A program made the position numbers and the translations under genes. The notes beneath the pieces are model-generated. The model was not told where the DNA came from. It worked only from the letters and a program-made list of their open reading frames with translations, and made no database searches. A stretch of DNA of 62,019 nt, counting the filler. It is 7 parts of 7 records of this genome, joined end to end, with 100 filler letters (N's around TTAATTAATTAA, not from the genome) between each part and the next. Parts side by side here need not be neighbours in the genome. Positions count along the whole stretch, not along the records: positions 6,556 to 11,352 come from SRR20825010_6827; positions 11,453 to 20,762 come from SRR20825010_6830; 5 more parts are not named here. The stretch is one strand, 5' to 3'. Below are positions 9,913 through 20,862 of the stretch, one piece after another. Every line of letters begins with the position of its first letter. The first letter of the stretch is position 1.

Positions 9913-10947
9913 TTACTTGAGGCTGTCTTCGATCTTCGCCTTTGCCTCGGGCGAAACCCATTCACCCCAGACATCCGCCTTGGTTTTCAGGAATTCCTTC
10001 GCGGCAACATCGGCATCGACTTCATTGTCAACCATATAGGCAAGGCTGCCATTGACGTCTTCAAGCGGGAAGGTTGCCTTTTCAAGAATGGCTGCGATTT
10101 CCGGTGCTTCTTTGGCAAAGGTGCTGTTCACGCCATAGGCAACATCGACGCTAGGAAACGCGCAGGCTTCCTCGCGCTTGCCATCGGATTTCGAAAGTTC
10201 GGCCCAGCACGCATCGCTATAAGCCGGTTCATCAAGCTGGATCAGATTGAACTTGCCCATCATCGCGGTCGGCGACCAGTAATAGAACAGAAGCGGGTCG
10301 CCCTGCAGATATGCCGACTTGATCGCCGCGTCGAGTGCGGTACCCGTGCCCGGACGGAAGTTCACGTAATGATCGTCAAGCTGATAGGCTTCGAGCTTTG
10401 CGGTACTGATCCCTTCGCAGGTCCAGCCGGATGGGCAGTTCAGGAAACGGCCCTTGGACGGTTCTTCCGGATCGGTGAACAGTTCGACATATTTCGGATC
10501 GGAAAGCTGGCTCACACTTTTCAGGTCAGGTGCCATCGGCTCGATGCCGCGCTTTTCGTCACCCTTGATCACGTAATCAGGCACGAACCAGCCTTCACTG
10601 GCGCCGACAAAGGTTTTGCCAATGGCAACGACCTTGCCCTGATCAACGGCCTTGTTCCAGATGTCGCTGCGGCCAAGCCATTCTTCGGCAAAAATCTGAA
10701 TGTCGTTATTGGCAACCGCCTGTTCGAGCGTGATCGAATTGCCCGGAATGGAATCCACCTGGCAATCGTAGCCGGTCTCAAGGATGTTCATTATCACTTC
10801 GGTAATGAATGCCCCGCTTTCCCAGCTGATACCGGCAAATTTCACGGTATTGCCGTCACTGCAATAGGATGCGCTTGCACCCGTCGTCGAAAGACCAAGT
10901 GCAACAATTGCAGCAAGGCCCGTGGTTTTAATGTGTTTCATAGACAT
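9913..10947 (-). CDS. ABC substrate-binding protein (ProX/HutX, betaine-binding family)
   Basis: Signal peptide MSMKHIK...GASA with RBS GAGGGG; WESG, EGWFVPDYV, CPSGWTC, YYWSP. Confidence 0.9.
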   Translation of the reverse strand: MSMKHIKTTGLAAIVALGLSTTGASASYCSDGNTVKFAGISWESGAFITEVIMNILETGYDCQVDSIPGNSITLEQAVANNDIQIFAEEWLGRSDIWNKAVDQGKVVAIGKTFVGASEGWFVPDYVIKGDEKRGIEPMAPDLKSVSQLSDPKYVELFTDPEEPSKGRFLNCPSGWTCEGISTAKLEAYQLDDHYVNFRPGTGTALDAAIKSAYLQGDPLLFYYWSPTAMMGKFNLIQLDEPAYSDACWAELSKSDGKREEACAFPSVDVAYGVNSTFAKEAPEIAAILEKATFPLEDVNGSLAYMVDNEVDADVAAKEFLKTKADVWGEWVSPEAKAKIEDSLK

Positions 10948-11140
10948 GGTAGCCCCTCTGTTCAAAATGCGTTCGGCACTTTTGCTTTTTGGACAGACCC
11001 GAAGGTCAGCCGGTTTCTTCCCTTGCGTGGTGATCGTTGCCACCGACCCTTTTTGTTTTTGCCGCCTCGCTTTTGACGATTGCGGGGATTTCCCCGGATC
11101 ACCGATTTTTGCACCGGTGATCCGAAAACTTTTGCTGTCC

Positions 11141-11352
11141 TTACGCCTGTCCCCCGACGACAAAACCCGAAAGTTTCGCGGCCGAAACAAGGCTGCCATC
11201 GGTTACCAGTTCCGCGGCCTTCGCCAGATCCGGGGCCATGTAGCGGTCCTGCTCGACGCTTGGAATGTCTTTGCGGACCATCGCCAGAACGTCCTGCAAA
11301 CCGGCACTGGTTTTAAGCGGATGGCGGAATTCAACGCCCTGTGCCGCACAGA
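11141..11352 (-). CDS. hutH: Histidine ammonia-lyase, C-terminal fragment
   Basis: Reverse strand reads [15 protein letters not shown]...[25 protein letters not shown]...*, a typical HutH C-terminus; missed by the ORF track. Confidence 0.75.
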
Positions 11353-11452
11353 NNNNNNNNNNNNNNNNNNNNNNNNNNNNNNNNNNNNNNNNNNNNTTAA
11401 TTAATTAANNNNNNNNNNNNNNNNNNNNNNNNNNNNNNNNNNNNNNNNNNNN
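11353..11452. other. Artificial contig spacer
   Basis: N44-TTAATTAATTAA-N44. Confidence 0.99.
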
Positions 11453-11830
11453 ATAGCACTTTTTCTTTTTCTTTTTGATTTAGTGCGAATTCCTACCTCA
11501 GGAAATGCGGGAGGAATGATGGCACATGTAGGTGGCGCTCTATTTGGGTATGTTTATGCCGTGCAATTGGCAAAAGGAAACGATATCGGGAAATGGTTTG
11601 AAAATTTCATGGATTGGATTGCAAACCTATTTAAGCCACGAAAGAAAAAACCTTTCACAAAAGTGCATCGCACAACACAACCAACTTCGAAGCGTTCTAA
11701 AACGAAAGGCGAAAAATCGGATCATCAAAAAAAGGTTGATGGTATTTTAGATAAAATAGGTAAAAGTGGATACGAAAGCCTAACGAAGGAAGAAAAAGAT
11801 TTTCTATTTAAAGCTGGAAAAGAAGACTAA
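11453..11830 (+). CDS. Rhomboid intramembrane protease, C-terminal part
   Basis: AHVGGALFG and ILDKIGKSGYESLT tail; homologous to 42932-43795. Confidence 0.88.
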   Translation: MALFLFLFDLVRIPTSGNAGGMMAHVGGALFGYVYAVQLAKGNDIGKWFENFMDWIANLFKPRKKKPFTKVHRTTQPTSKRSKTKGEKSDHQKKVDGILDKIGKSGYESLTKEEKDFLFKAGKED

Positions 11831-11834
11831 ACCA

Positions 11835-12851
11835 ATGCGGAAGCTTATTAATACAATTATTTACTGGGGCAATTTGCTCGCAGCATTTCTATTGTTAATT
11901 TCCTTCATTTTGCCTTACTTATCTCCAAAACGGTTTCCAACACTTTCATTATTAAGCTTGGTTGTTTCCTTGCTTATTATTGCCAATATAATTTTTGCAG
12001 TTTACTGGTTATTTCAATTTCGGCGTAGGTTTTTTATATCGTTTATAGTGCTTTTTGTTTCCTATTTTCATTTCAATGTTTTTTATGAAATGTCTTCCGA
12101 AGGCGACGCTTCAAGCTATAAAAATACGCTGAATGTACTTTCATATAACGTGCGTCTGTTTAATGCATATGAAAAAAACCCTGATTCGGATGCTTCAAAA
12201 ATAATTTCAGAAATACTTAAAGAAGAAAATCCAGATGTGGTTTGCATTCAGGAATATTACAAGCCCAACACCATAAAATTTTCAGATTACCCATATCAGT
12301 ATATTCATTTTAAAACTAAAAAGGCAAAACTTGGTCATGCCATTTTTTCAAAATATCCTTTGATTAATACAGGGGCTTTTAATTTTGAAAATACCTACAA
12401 CAATACGCTTTATGCAGATGTAGTAAAAGGAGGTGATACACTCCGTATTTATAGTGTTCATTTACAGTCGCTTGGCATTCTTCCTCGTGTAAGTTTTTTA
12501 CAGGAAAGCGATAACGAAAAGCTGCGAAAACGAGTTGCTAGTGCTTTTGAAAAACAACAAAATCAAGTTGAAGCTATTTTGAAACACAAACAAAAAACTA
12601 CCAAACCTGTGATAATCTGTGGCGATTTTAATAACACGCCATTTTCGTATAGCTATAAAAAAATTGAAGACGATATGCAGGATGCGTTTCGTGAACGCGG
12701 AAACGGTTTGGGAACTACTTTTAAGTTTGAAAAATTCCCTATGCGAATAGATTATATTTTTGCTTCTGAATCGCTCGATATTCTTTCATTTGATACAATG
12801 AAAAAAACATTTTCAGATCATTATGCAATACGCGCAACTGTTGGTTGGTAA
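11835..12851 (+). CDS. Membrane-anchored endonuclease/exonuclease/phosphatase (EEP) protein
   Basis: SYNV, CIQE, GDFN, RIDYIF, SDH. Confidence 0.9.
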   Translation: MRKLINTIIYWGNLLAAFLLLISFILPYLSPKRFPTLSLLSLVVSLLIIANIIFAVYWLFQFRRRFFISFIVLFVSYFHFNVFYEMSSEGDASSYKNTLNVLSYNVRLFNAYEKNPDSDASKIISEILKEENPDVVCIQEYYKPNTIKFSDYPYQYIHFKTKKAKLGHAIFSKYPLINTGAFNFENTYNNTLYADVVKGGDTLRIYSVHLQSLGILPRVSFLQESDNEKLRKRVASAFEKQQNQVEAILKHKQKTTKPVIICGDFNNTPFSYSYKKIEDDMQDAFRERGNGLGTTFKFEKFPMRIDYIFASESLDILSFDTMKKTFSDHYAIRATVGW

Positions 12852-12864
12852 GAGATTTAAACAG

Positions 12865-13503
12865 TTAATTGGATAAATTAGCTGTTGGTAAAGTAGCACT
12901 TTCCAAATATCCTAATGCGTTTGGACCTTCATTAAATAATAAATCCAACACCGAGAGATTTGGCAAAAAACCGTGGTTTGCTTCGTGTACTTGAATATAG
13001 GTTTCAGGAACAAAACTAGACTTCCGTTTTGCATTAATCAACAAACGAAGGTCAGTAATTTTAGGCTCAAGCTCGTAAGTAGTCGTTTTTGAAACTTCAA
13101 CTTCAATACCAATCAATTCACATAGTATCTCAAATATTTTTAAATTATGCGCCATCAAACTTCCTACTGTTTCTGTAAAAAGATGTTTTAAATCATCTTC
13201 ATAATATTCAAAAAAAGGGGAAGTACGATAAGCACTTTCTATACTCTTCCAGTGGAGTTCTTGCCATGGAAAATCATTTTCTACGAGTACATTTTTCGTT
13301 TTTTGTCTCTGTTTTAATTTATTGTGCTTTATAGGAATATTTAAAAGTAATTTTCCGTTGCTATGTGCTATAAAAGTGCGGTTTCGATAGGTTTGTTTTT
13401 GGTAATTATCTTCTACTTCAAAAATAACCTTAGTTGCCTGTGCCACAGCAGCCATTTGCTCAATGGACGGAAAATAGGAGGGGTGTAGCAATATTGTTTT
13501 CAT
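12865..13503 (-). CDS. WbqC-family protein
   Basis: HPSYFP, YQKQTYRNR, AYRTSPFFEYY, LSVLDLLFNEG. Confidence 0.9.
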   Translation of the reverse strand: MKTILLHPSYFPSIEQMAAVAQATKVIFEVEDNYQKQTYRNRTFIAHSNGKLLLNIPIKHNKLKQRQKTKNVLVENDFPWQELHWKSIESAYRTSPFFEYYEDDLKHLFTETVGSLMAHNLKIFEILCELIGIEVEVSKTTTYELEPKITDLRLLINAKRKSSFVPETYIQVHEANHGFLPNLSVLDLLFNEGPNALGYLESATLPTANLSN

Positions 13504-13700
13504 TTATAACTTTAATGACTTCAAAAATAGAAAAGAAAAGAATAGCGAAAAAGAGAAATGAATAAAGTTAACTAGGTATGCTAAAAGCACCTTTTTAAAG
13601 TTAAAAACCCATAGATGAATATACTAATCTCCATCTTCTTGAGTATAAAAACTAAAACCCGAAACAAGAAACTTGAACCAAAAACTTGAATCCTTTTCCC

Positions 13701-13708
13701 TACATTTG
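13701..13708 (+). promoter_or_regulatory. Bacteroidetes -7 promoter element (TAnnTTTG) for udk
   Basis: TACATTTG 15 nt before the ATG. Confidence 0.6.
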
Positions 13709-13723
13709 TACAAACTTTAAAAT

Positions 13724-14344
13724 ATGCTCATAATTGGCATCACCGGTGGCACCGGGAGTGGAAAAACAACAGTAGTAGACCAAATTGTGGAAGAACTTCC
13801 AGCAGATGAGGTTTGTATTATATCGCAAGATTCCTATTATCATGATACCAGTCATTTGTCTTTTGACGAACGTACAAAAATTAATTTTGACCATCCAAAA
13901 GCGATTGATTTTGATTTGCTGGTTAGCCATTTAAAAGAATTGCGAAAAGGAAATTCGTTCGAACAACCTGTTTATTCATTTGTGGAGCATAATAGAACAG
14001 GCGAAACCATAACAACCTTCCCCAAAAAAGTAATTATTGTTGAAGGCATTTTGATTCTTGCACATCCAGACATTCGTGAAATGTTTGATATTAAAATCTT
14101 TGTGCATGCTGATAGCGATGAACGATTAATTCGTAGATTGAAACGCGATATTGCAACGCGTGGTCGTGATTTGAACGAAGTTTTAAACCGTTATCAAACC
14201 ACTTTAAAGCCAATGCATCAACAATTTATTGAGCCTACAAAGGAATTTGCAGATATTATAATTCCAACAAATAAATACAATACTGTGGCCGTTAATGTAA
14301 TTCGTAGTATTATTCATCAAAAAATAAGTTATACCGAATCGTGA
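13724..14344 (+). CDS. udk: Uridine kinase
   Basis: GGTGSGKTT, DSYY, NFDHP, IIVEGIL. Confidence 0.95.
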   Translation: MLIIGITGGTGSGKTTVVDQIVEELPADEVCIISQDSYYHDTSHLSFDERTKINFDHPKAIDFDLLVSHLKELRKGNSFEQPVYSFVEHNRTGETITTFPKKVIIVEGILILAHPDIREMFDIKIFVHADSDERLIRRLKRDIATRGRDLNEVLNRYQTTLKPMHQQFIEPTKEFADIIIPTNKYNTVAVNVIRSIIHQKISYTES

Positions 14345-14673
14345 AACTTTCAGAATTAAAAAAAAATAAATGGTTTAGATTTATAAGCAATAAATATGTG
14401 CTTATAATTATGCTTTTTATTGTGTGGATGGTGTTTTTTGATGCCAATTCATTTTTAATTCATAATGAATTAGATAATGATATCAATGCTTTGGAAGATA
14501 ATGCTGAATTTTATCAAGAAGAAATAACGCGCGATAAAACCTTTATTCAAAAAATGGATGATAGCGACGAAATGGAAAAATTTGCGCGTGAAAAATACTA
14601 TCTAAAAAAAGAAAACGAAGATATTTACATTATTGAACACGAAGACAGCATCAAAAAAGAAGAAAAACGATGA
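14341..14673 (+). CDS. FtsB/DivIC septum formation initiator family protein
   Basis: TM helix, coiled coil, EKFAREKYYLKKENEDIY. Confidence 0.85.
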   Translation: MKLSELKKNKWFRFISNKYVLIIMLFIVWMVFFDANSFLIHNELDNDINALEDNAEFYQEEITRDKTFIQKMDDSDEMEKFAREKYYLKKENEDIYIIEHEDSIKKEEKR

Positions 14674-16046
14674 GTAAATCTCTATTTAAAGATTTTGATG
14701 AAGTTTCCGCAAAAGAGTGGAAACAAAAAATACAATACGACTTAAAAGGCGCCGATTATAATGAAACCCTTATTTGGCAAAGTCCTGAAGGAATAAACGT
14801 AAAGCCTTTTTATCATCAAGATGATTTCGAAGAAAATTTCACTTCAATTCCTGGGCAACCTCAATCTTGGAAAGTTGCACAAAATATATTTATAGACGAC
14901 GAAAAAATAGCTAATAATATAGCTGTAAATGCTTTAAGTCGTGGCGAAGAAGCAATTATTTTTACTGCTGAAAAAGAATTTGAATTAGAAATCGTTTTTA
15001 AAGATTTTCCTTTTGAAAAGGCTCCAATATATTTCGACTTAAAATTTATTTCTGAAGTATTTTACAGTAAATTAATTCAGTATTTTTCAGCTGCAAAGGC
15101 TGTTGTTTATTACAATATCGATTTAATAGGAAACCTTGCCCGAACAGGAAATTGGTTTTATAATTTGAAGAAAGATCATGAAATTTTAGATGTTCTTTTC
15201 CAAAAACATACTTCAGAAAATCTACTTTCAGTTGACGCAAGCTTATACCAGAATGCAGGTGCAAATAGTATTCAGCAATTGGCGTATGCTTTGGCGCATG
15301 CTAATGAATATTTAAATCATTTTGCTTCGGCTAAGCTCAATTCAAGCCCAATTGAAATGACTTTCAAGCTTGCAACAGGTACTAATTATTTTTTCGAAAT
15401 AGCTAAAATCCGTGCTTTAAGAAAGTTATATGCGACTCTAGCAAAAGAATATGATGCAAATACAAAATGCCACATTCTTGCTACGCCTTCAAAACGTAAT
15501 AAAACACTATATGATTATAATGTAAATATGCTTCGAAGTACCACTGAATGTATGAGTGCTATTTTGGGCGGTGCAGATGCGGTTTGTAATATGCCGTATG
15601 ATGTACTTTACCATAAAAGCAACGAATTTGGAGAGCGTATTTCTCGAAATCAATTATTGGTTTTAAAGCACGAAAGTTATTTTGATACCGTAAGTAATGC
15701 TGCAGATGGAACTTATTATATTGAAAATTTAACCAACGAACTTGCTGAAAAAGCGTTAATTCTTTTTAAAGAAATAGAAAAAGGTGGCGGTTTTCTTCAG
15801 CAATTGAAAGAGGGGATAATTCATAAAAAAATAAAGGAAAGCGCAGAAAAGGAGCAAAAACTTTTTGATAGTGGTGAGTTGAAGTTATTGGGAACCAATT
15901 ATCACCCCAATAAAAACGACCGTATGAAAGATGATTTAGAGCTTTTTCCTTTTGTTAAGAATAATCCAATAAAAACGCTTATTGCTCCAATTATTGAAAA
16001 ACGCTTGGCAGAAAAAGTTGAACAGGAAAGGTTAGAAAATGAGTAG
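14670..16046 (+). CDS. mutA: Methylmalonyl-CoA mutase small (beta) subunit
   Basis: [38 protein letters not shown]; upstream of the large subunit. Confidence 0.88.
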   Translation: MSKSLFKDFDEVSAKEWKQKIQYDLKGADYNETLIWQSPEGINVKPFYHQDDFEENFTSIPGQPQSWKVAQNIFIDDEKIANNIAVNALSRGEEAIIFTAEKEFELEIVFKDFPFEKAPIYFDLKFISEVFYSKLIQYFSAAKAVVYYNIDLIGNLARTGNWFYNLKKDHEILDVLFQKHTSENLLSVDASLYQNAGANSIQQLAYALAHANEYLNHFASAKLNSSPIEMTFKLATGTNYFFEIAKIRALRKLYATLAKEYDANTKCHILATPSKRNKTLYDYNVNMLRSTTECMSAILGGADAVCNMPYDVLYHKSNEFGERISRNQLLVLKHESYFDTVSNAADGTYYIENLTNELAEKALILFKEIEKGGGFLQQLKEGIIHKKIKESAEKEQKLFDSGELKLLGTNYHPNKNDRMKDDLELFPFVKNNPIKTLIAPIIEKRLAEKVEQERLENE

Positions 16047-18192
16047 AAAAGATTTACAACATATCACTTTAAAAAATTCAGAAGTTGGTAACGAAGAAAA
16101 TCGAAATCAAATTTCAGAGTTTAAAAACGATACGTTTTCAACAGCTGAGGATATAGAAATTAAAAAAATCTATAGCAAAGAAGACACGAAAAACCTGCAA
16201 CATATAAATTTTGTTGCTGGAATTGCGCCACACTTACGCGGACCATACTCAACAATGTATGTGCGTCGTCCGTGGACAATTCGTCAATACGCTGGTTTTT
16301 CTACAGCAGAAGATAGCAACGCTTTTTACAGAAGAAATTTAGCGGCAGGTCAAAAAGGACTTTCTGTAGCTTTTGATCTTGCCACACACCGTGGGTACGA
16401 TAGCGACCACGAACGAGTAGAAGGTGATGTAGGTAAAGCTGGTGTTGCCATAGATAGTGTGGAGGATATGAAAATTCTTTTCGATCAAATTCCGCTGGAT
16501 AAGATGAGTGTTTCTATGACCATGAATGGTGCTGTGCTTCCTATTATGGCTTTTTATATTGTTGCTGCTGAAGAGCAAGGTGTTTCACCAAAAGATTTGG
16601 CTGGAACCATTCAGAACGATATTCTAAAGGAATTTATGGTGCGAAATACTTACATCTATCCGCCTACGCCTTCCATGAAAATTATTAGCGATATTTTTGA
16701 ATTTACATCCAAGAATATGCCTAAATTCAATAGTATTTCTATTTCTGGTTACCATATGCAGGAAGCGGGAGCAACCGCAGATATTGAGCTTGCGTATACA
16801 TTAGCAGATGGTTTAGAATACATTCGTACTGGTATAAATGCAGGGATGGATATAGATACTTTTGCGCCACGACTGTCTTTCTTTTGGGCCATTGGGATGA
16901 ATCATTTTATGGAAATAGCTAAAATGCGTGCCGCCCGAATGCTTTGGGCAAAGATTGTTAAGCATTTCAATCCTAAGGATGAAAAATCACTTGCTTTAAG
17001 AACCCATTGCCAGACTAGTGGTTGGAGTCTTACTGAGCAAGATCCTTTTAACAATGTAGCGCGAACTGCTGTTGAAGCTGCTGCTGCGGTTTTTGGCGGA
17101 ACACAATCGTTGCATACCAACGCTTTAGACGAAGCCATTGCCTTGCCTACAGATTTTTCTGCGCGTATAGCAAGAAATACTCAGATTTTTCTACAAACAG
17201 AAACACAAATTACCAAAACGGTCGATCCTTGGGCGGGAAGTTATTATGTAGAAAATCTTACCAATGAAATTGCCAATAAAGCTTGGGCATTAATTGAAGA
17301 AGTAGAAGAACTGGGCGGAATGACAAAAGCTATAGAAGCTGGCATTCCTAAACTGCGAATTGAAGAAGCTTCAGCCAGAAAACAAGCACGGATTGATAGC
17401 GGCCAAGATATTATTGTGGGTGTTAACAAATACCGCCTTGATAAAGAAGATCCACTTCAAATTTTGGATGTTGATAACCAAAAAGTTCGTACTTCACAAA
17501 TAGAAAGATTAAACCGAATAAAAGCGGAGCGCAATACTGAAAAAGTAACTAAAGCACTTGCAGATATTACCGAATGTGCTCGTACAGGTGAAGGAAATTT
17601 ATTAGCTTTAGCAGTAGAAGCAGCTCGACTTAGAGCAACTTTAGGCGAAATTTCTACCGCAATGGAAAAGGAATTCGGCAGGTATAAAGCACAAATTAGA
17701 TCATTTAGCGGCGTGTATAGTAAAGAAATTAAAAAAGACGAAAGTTTTGAAAAAGCAAGACAGCTAGCAAATCAGTTTGCAGAGTTGGAAGGTCGTCGTC
17801 CACGAATTATGATTGCCAAAATGGGGCAAGATGGTCACGATCGTGGTGCCAAAGTAGTTGCAACGGGTTATGCTGATGTAGGGTTTGATGTGGATATTGG
17901 ACCTCTTTTCCAAACTCCCGCAGAAGCAGCCAAACAAGCTGTGGAAAATGATGTGCACATTTTGGGCGTTTCCTCCCTTGCTGCAGGTCATAAAACCCTT
18001 GTGCCACAGGTAATCGAAGCTTTAAAAAAGTACGGCCGCGAAGATATTATGGTTATTGTAGGCGGGGTAATTCCTGCACAAGATTACCAATATCTTTTTG
18101 ATGCTGGCGCTGTTGCCGTTTATGGCCCAGGAACTCGTATTAGCGATGCCGCAATCGAGATGTTAGGTATTTTGATTGAAGGAGTGGAGTAA
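16039..18192 (+). CDS. scpA: Methylmalonyl-CoA mutase large subunit
   Basis: [22 protein letters not shown]12-binding motif. Confidence 0.96.
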   Translation: MSRKDLQHITLKNSEVGNEENRNQISEFKNDTFSTAEDIEIKKIYSKEDTKNLQHINFVAGIAPHLRGPYSTMYVRRPWTIRQYAGFSTAEDSNAFYRRNLAAGQKGLSVAFDLATHRGYDSDHERVEGDVGKAGVAIDSVEDMKILFDQIPLDKMSVSMTMNGAVLPIMAFYIVAAEEQGVSPKDLAGTIQNDILKEFMVRNTYIYPPTPSMKIISDIFEFTSKNMPKFNSISISGYHMQEAGATADIELAYTLADGLEYIRTGINAGMDIDTFAPRLSFFWAIGMNHFMEIAKMRAARMLWAKIVKHFNPKDEKSLALRTHCQTSGWSLTEQDPFNNVARTAVEAAAAVFGGTQSLHTNALDEAIALPTDFSARIARNTQIFLQTETQITKTVDPWAGSYYVENLTNEIANKAWALIEEVEELGGMTKAIEAGIPKLRIEEASARKQARIDSGQDIIVGVNKYRLDKEDPLQILDVDNQKVRTSQIERLNRIKAERNTEKVTKALADITECARTGEGNLLALAVEAARLRATLGEISTAMEKEFGRYKAQIRSFSGVYSKEIKKDESFEKARQLANQFAELEGRRPRIMIAKMGQDGHDRGAKVVATGYADVGFDVDIGPLFQTPAEAAKQAVENDVHILGVSSLAAGHKTLVPQVIEALKKYGREDIMVIVGGVIPAQDYQYLFDAGAVAVYGPGTRISDAAIEMLGILIEGVE

Positions 18193-18393
18193 ACACTTCA
18201 TTTAAAAATTGATGCTTTTTAATACCAAATGATTTGGTGTGCTTTCTTAAAATGCTATACAATTTTATATCATTATCTAAAACAACATCAAATTCTTAAG
18301 CCTTAAATTGAATAGAAAAAAGTATAAGTTTTGAGGTAAGATGTGTATGTTTTTAAGTATGTTGAGGTAGTATCTTTATAAAAAATTAATTCT

Positions 18394-19962
18394 TTGGATA
18401 TAAAACTAAACATACACGACACTTTTAATAAACAACTTCCTGCAGACCCGAATAAAAACAATACCATTCGGCAAGTAACGGAATCTTGTTTTTCGTATGT
18501 TTCCCCACAAAAAACCACGAAGCCTGTATTGTTACACACTTCTTCTGAAATGCTATACGAGCTTGGGCTATCTACTGAAGAGGCAAAAAGTAAAACCTTC
18601 TTAAATGTAGTAACAGGAAACGAAATTTTACCAAATACAAATCCGTATGCAATGTGTTATGGAGGGCATCAATTTGGCAGTTGGGCAGGGCAGTTAGGCG
18701 ATGGGCGCGCTATTAATTTGTGTGAAGTTAAGCATCAGGATAAAAACTGGGCATTACAGCTAAAAGGTGCTGGTTTAACCCCTTATTCCAGAACCGCAGA
18801 TGGATTGGCTGTTTTACGCTCTTCAATCCGTGAATATTTATGTAGTGAAGCTATGTTTCATTTGGGAGTGCCAACAACAAGAGCACTTTCAATCGCATTA
18901 ACAGGTGATGAAGTATTGCGAGATGTGTTGTATAATGGTAATCCAGCTTATGAAAAAGGAGCAATTGTTTGCCGAACAGCAGCATCTTTCATCCGTTTTG
19001 GTAGTTTTCAAATTTTCGCGGCTAGGCAGGATAAAAAAAACTTAAAAACCTTGGTAGATTATACCATTAAAAACCATTATTCACACCTTGGAACGCCTTC
19101 AAAAGAAACTTATATTGCTTTTTTTAATGAAGTGTGCGAGCGTAGTTTAGCGATGGTTATCCACTGGCAACGGGTTGGTTTTGTGCATGGAGTGATGAAT
19201 ACCGATAATATGTCTATTCTTGGTTTAACCATAGATTACGGACCTTATGGTTGGCTTGAAGGCTATGACCACGGCTGGACGCCAAACACTACAGATAGCG
19301 GACAGAAACGCTATCGTTATGGCACACAACCCGAAATTGTACATTGGAATTTATACCAATTAGCAAATGCATTGTATCCATTAATTGAAGAAGCAGCGCC
19401 ATTAGAAGCCATCTTAAATTCATTTGGAGAACAATTAGCGGATAAATACATTGCGATGATGAAATCTAAATTGGGGTTGTTTCAAGATAATGAAGGAGAT
19501 TTAATACTTATTCGTGATTTAGAAAATATATTGCAGCGTACAGAAACAGATATGACTATTTTCTATAGAAATCTGGTAAGTTTTGATAAGAATAATCCAA
19601 TGGAAGGACTAAAAATCATTGAAAATGCTTTTTATGATTTGGATACTGTTTCCGAAGAAATAAAGCAACAATGGAATGTATGGTTTACGAGTTATGCCGA
19701 AAGATTGCAAAAAGAAACACATTCAAATTCTGAAAGAAAACAAAAAATGAATGCAGTAAACCCAAAATATGTATTGCGAAACTACATGGCGCAAATGGCA
19801 ATCGATGAGGCAGATAAAGGCAATTATAATTTGATTGATGAATTATATCAATTACTTAAAAAACCTTATTGTGAGCAGCCAGAAAATGAAAAATGGTTTG
19901 CAAAACGTCCAGAATGGGCAAGGCATAAAGTGGGTTGCTCAATGTTGTCGTGTAGTTCATAA
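18394..19962 (+). CDS. selO: Protein adenylyltransferase SelO (YdiU)
   Basis: GHQFG, GQLGDGRA, KGAG, GVMNTDN, IDYGP, C-terminal SCSS; TTG start. Confidence 0.93.
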   Translation: MDIKLNIHDTFNKQLPADPNKNNTIRQVTESCFSYVSPQKTTKPVLLHTSSEMLYELGLSTEEAKSKTFLNVVTGNEILPNTNPYAMCYGGHQFGSWAGQLGDGRAINLCEVKHQDKNWALQLKGAGLTPYSRTADGLAVLRSSIREYLCSEAMFHLGVPTTRALSIALTGDEVLRDVLYNGNPAYEKGAIVCRTAASFIRFGSFQIFAARQDKKNLKTLVDYTIKNHYSHLGTPSKETYIAFFNEVCERSLAMVIHWQRVGFVHGVMNTDNMSILGLTIDYGPYGWLEGYDHGWTPNTTDSGQKRYRYGTQPEIVHWNLYQLANALYPLIEEAAPLEAILNSFGEQLADKYIAMMKSKLGLFQDNEGDLILIRDLENILQRTETDMTIFYRNLVSFDKNNPMEGLKIIENAFYDLDTVSEEIKQQWNVWFTSYAERLQKETHSNSERKQKMNAVNPKYVLRNYMAQMAIDEADKGNYNLIDELYQLLKKPYCEQPENEKWFAKRPEWARHKVGCSMLSCSS

Positions 19963-20228
19963 TGGAAGTTTTTAACCATATAAAAAAGATTCCTGAAGGT
20001 TATTCTGAAGGAATTTTCAACCAAAAGAAGTTTGGCATTACAAAGACTATTTTTAATTCCGGGAAAAGTATTAAAATATATGCTGAAGAATTAGGCGGGA
20101 AAGACTTCATTAGTTTAAATTATTACATTACTTCACAAGAAGATTTATTAAAACCTTGCGAAATGCCCGCACAAAAGGTTATTGATTTTATTTTGAATGT
20201 CTCACTTGTGAAAACTTCAGCAAAATAG
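19962..20228 (+). CDS. Small conserved hypothetical protein (88 aa) coupled to selO
   Basis: TAATG overlap with selO; FISLNYY and LKPCEMP motifs. Confidence 0.75.
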   Translation: MEVFNHIKKIPEGYSEGIFNQKKFGITKTIFNSGKSIKIYAEELGGKDFISLNYYITSQEDLLKPCEMPAQKVIDFILNVSLVKTSAK

Positions 20229-20336
20229 ACATGTGTAGAGGTAATTTATACGTTTTAATAAGCAGTAAACTGCTGTATTTTTGTGGTAGTATATTAAGTA
20301 CTAGTACAAAGAGAATATTAATTTAAAAAATAATAC

Positions 20337-20762
20337 ATGGGAAATTATAAAAAAGCATATATAGCTGGCGGGTGTTTTTGGGGAATGGAAGATTTATTTA
20401 GAGTTCGTCCAGGAATTATTGACACCGAAGTAGGTTATTTAGGCGGAGAAAACGATAATCCTACATACGGAAACCATCCAGGTCATGCTGAAGGTATTGA
20501 AATTACTTATAAGCCTGATGAAACTTCATTTAAGCATATTTTGGATTATTTTTTTAGAATTCATGACCCTTCAACTGTTGATAGACAAGGGAACGACAGG
20601 GGTTCAAGCTATAGGTCTGCCATATTTTTTCAAAATGAAGAAGAGAAAAAAGTAGCGCAAGAAATTATACAAATAGTAGACGATTCTAAAAAATGGCAAG
20701 CTAAAATAGTTACAACACTGGAGCCTTTTACAAAATTTTGGGCGGCAGAACCTGAGCATCAA
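20337..20762 (+). CDS. msrA: Peptide-methionine (S)-S-oxide reductase, cut at contig end
   Basis: GGCFWG, GHAE, RQGNDRGSSYRSAIF, AEPEHQ. Confidence 0.95.
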
Positions 20763-20862
20763 NNNNNNNNNNNNNNNNNNNNNNNNNNNNNNNNNNNNNN
20801 NNNNNNTTAATTAATTAANNNNNNNNNNNNNNNNNNNNNNNNNNNNNNNNNNNNNNNNNNNN
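20763..20862. other. Artificial contig spacer
   Basis: N44-TTAATTAATTAA-N44. Confidence 0.99.

Noticed and set aside
10948-11199. 84-codon N-terminal extension of the binding protein
   Set aside because: The signal peptide and RBS point to ATG 10947, and the extension overlaps the hutH tail and hairpins
13648-13690. Short AAACTTG/AAAC(C/A)-type heptamer run upstream of udk
   Set aside because: Degenerate low-complexity intergenic repeat of a kind common in Flavobacteriaceae
19933-19962. Selenocysteine in the SelO C-terminus
   Set aside because: The codon is TGT (Cys) and the gene ends in TAA; no in-frame TGA
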